64,000 bases of DNA from Vicugna vicugna (lineage: Eukaryota), in contig MU058636.1 in the NCBI GenBank assembly GCA_013265495.1, positions 1,240,001 through 1,304,000 on the forward strand. Direction: 5' to 3'. Shown one piece after another: positions 63,451-64,000 of this stretch (position 1 is its first letter; each line of letters begins with the position of its first letter). The translations under genes and the position numbers were made by a program. The notes beneath the pieces are model-generated. The model searched no databases and was not told where the DNA came from. It saw nothing but the letters and a program-made list of their open reading frames with translations.

Positions 63451-64000
63451 GTATCACGCAATTGTTACACATATTTTTGGCCCATTTTATACATAAAATG
63501 AACTCAAGGGTTTAGGGTAATTTGCCCAGGGTCATGAATTAATAAAGGCAGAAGGGAAGCCTGAATGCTGGTCTGTGTCAAACACAGAGCCTCCACTCTT
63601 CAGCACACCTCCCTCCCCAGATAGCAGGTGCTCCTCGTTAACTGTGAGAGTGTAAGATCACTCCCAGGACGTTTCCCTCTTACAGAATGGCAGGTGGCAA
63701 AAGACATGAAATTCTGAGCCCCACTTTTCCCACGTGGCAACAGGAGCCCCTGTGAGTGCACCGTGTGCCACAACATTGCTGAACAGAGCAACAGTCGGCG
63801 CTGAAACTCACCTCTCCCTTTGGCTCAGACCCTGAGTTCACATACTGCTTCTACGAGACAACCAACAAGGAGTGCCAACCAACTGACTTTTAAAAAAGAC
63901 CTTTGGAAGTCAACCTGCTCGTGGAAGATTTCCTGCATAACTACTTTCCTCCAATGCTCGTTATTCCGGTTTGGTAGCTTTTCAGAAGGAAGGACAAATT

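Noticed and set aside
63215..63600. Two adjacent oppositely oriented MIR fragments (possible dsRNA hairpin in pre-mRNA)
   Set aside because: The copies are too diverged to form a stable long duplex by inspection.
1..64000. Prokaryote-type systems (CRISPR arrays, operons, defence islands) or rRNA genes
   Set aside because: The sequence is intron- and retroelement-rich mammalian DNA; no regularly spaced repeat-spacer array or rRNA similarity was seen.

Overview
Mammalian (eukaryotic) genomic DNA, very probably a camelid, judged from five tRNA-derived vic-1-type SINEs and camelid/artiodactyl-type L1 3' ends. The only protein-coding gene supported is USP12 (ubiquitin-specific peptidase 12) on the minus strand. 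Coding exons 2-9 (48948-49028, 39698-39911, 32093-32319, 27974-28050, 27774-27857, 23306-23503, 21199-21277, 19561-19662) all have GT-AG boundaries and splice in frame to 353 aa plus stop. Exon 1 lies beyond the right edge, so 49029-64000 is intron 1. A ~3 kb 3' UTR (about 16500-19560) carries several poly(A) signals, miRNA seed sites and a well-preserved ancient MIR that contains a let-7 8mer next to the distal poly(A) signal. Downstream of the gene (1-16.4 kb) is intergenic DNA with three same-orientation ERV solo LTRs, an apparently orphan CpG island (~4.8-5.5 kb), L1/L2/MIR/DNA-transposon relics and a long (AC)38 microsatellite. Two N gaps look like assembly artefacts. Apart from the USP12 exons, the ORF-track entries are not credible genes. 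I found no convincing novel multi-gene system; the best leads are regulatory and evolutionary.
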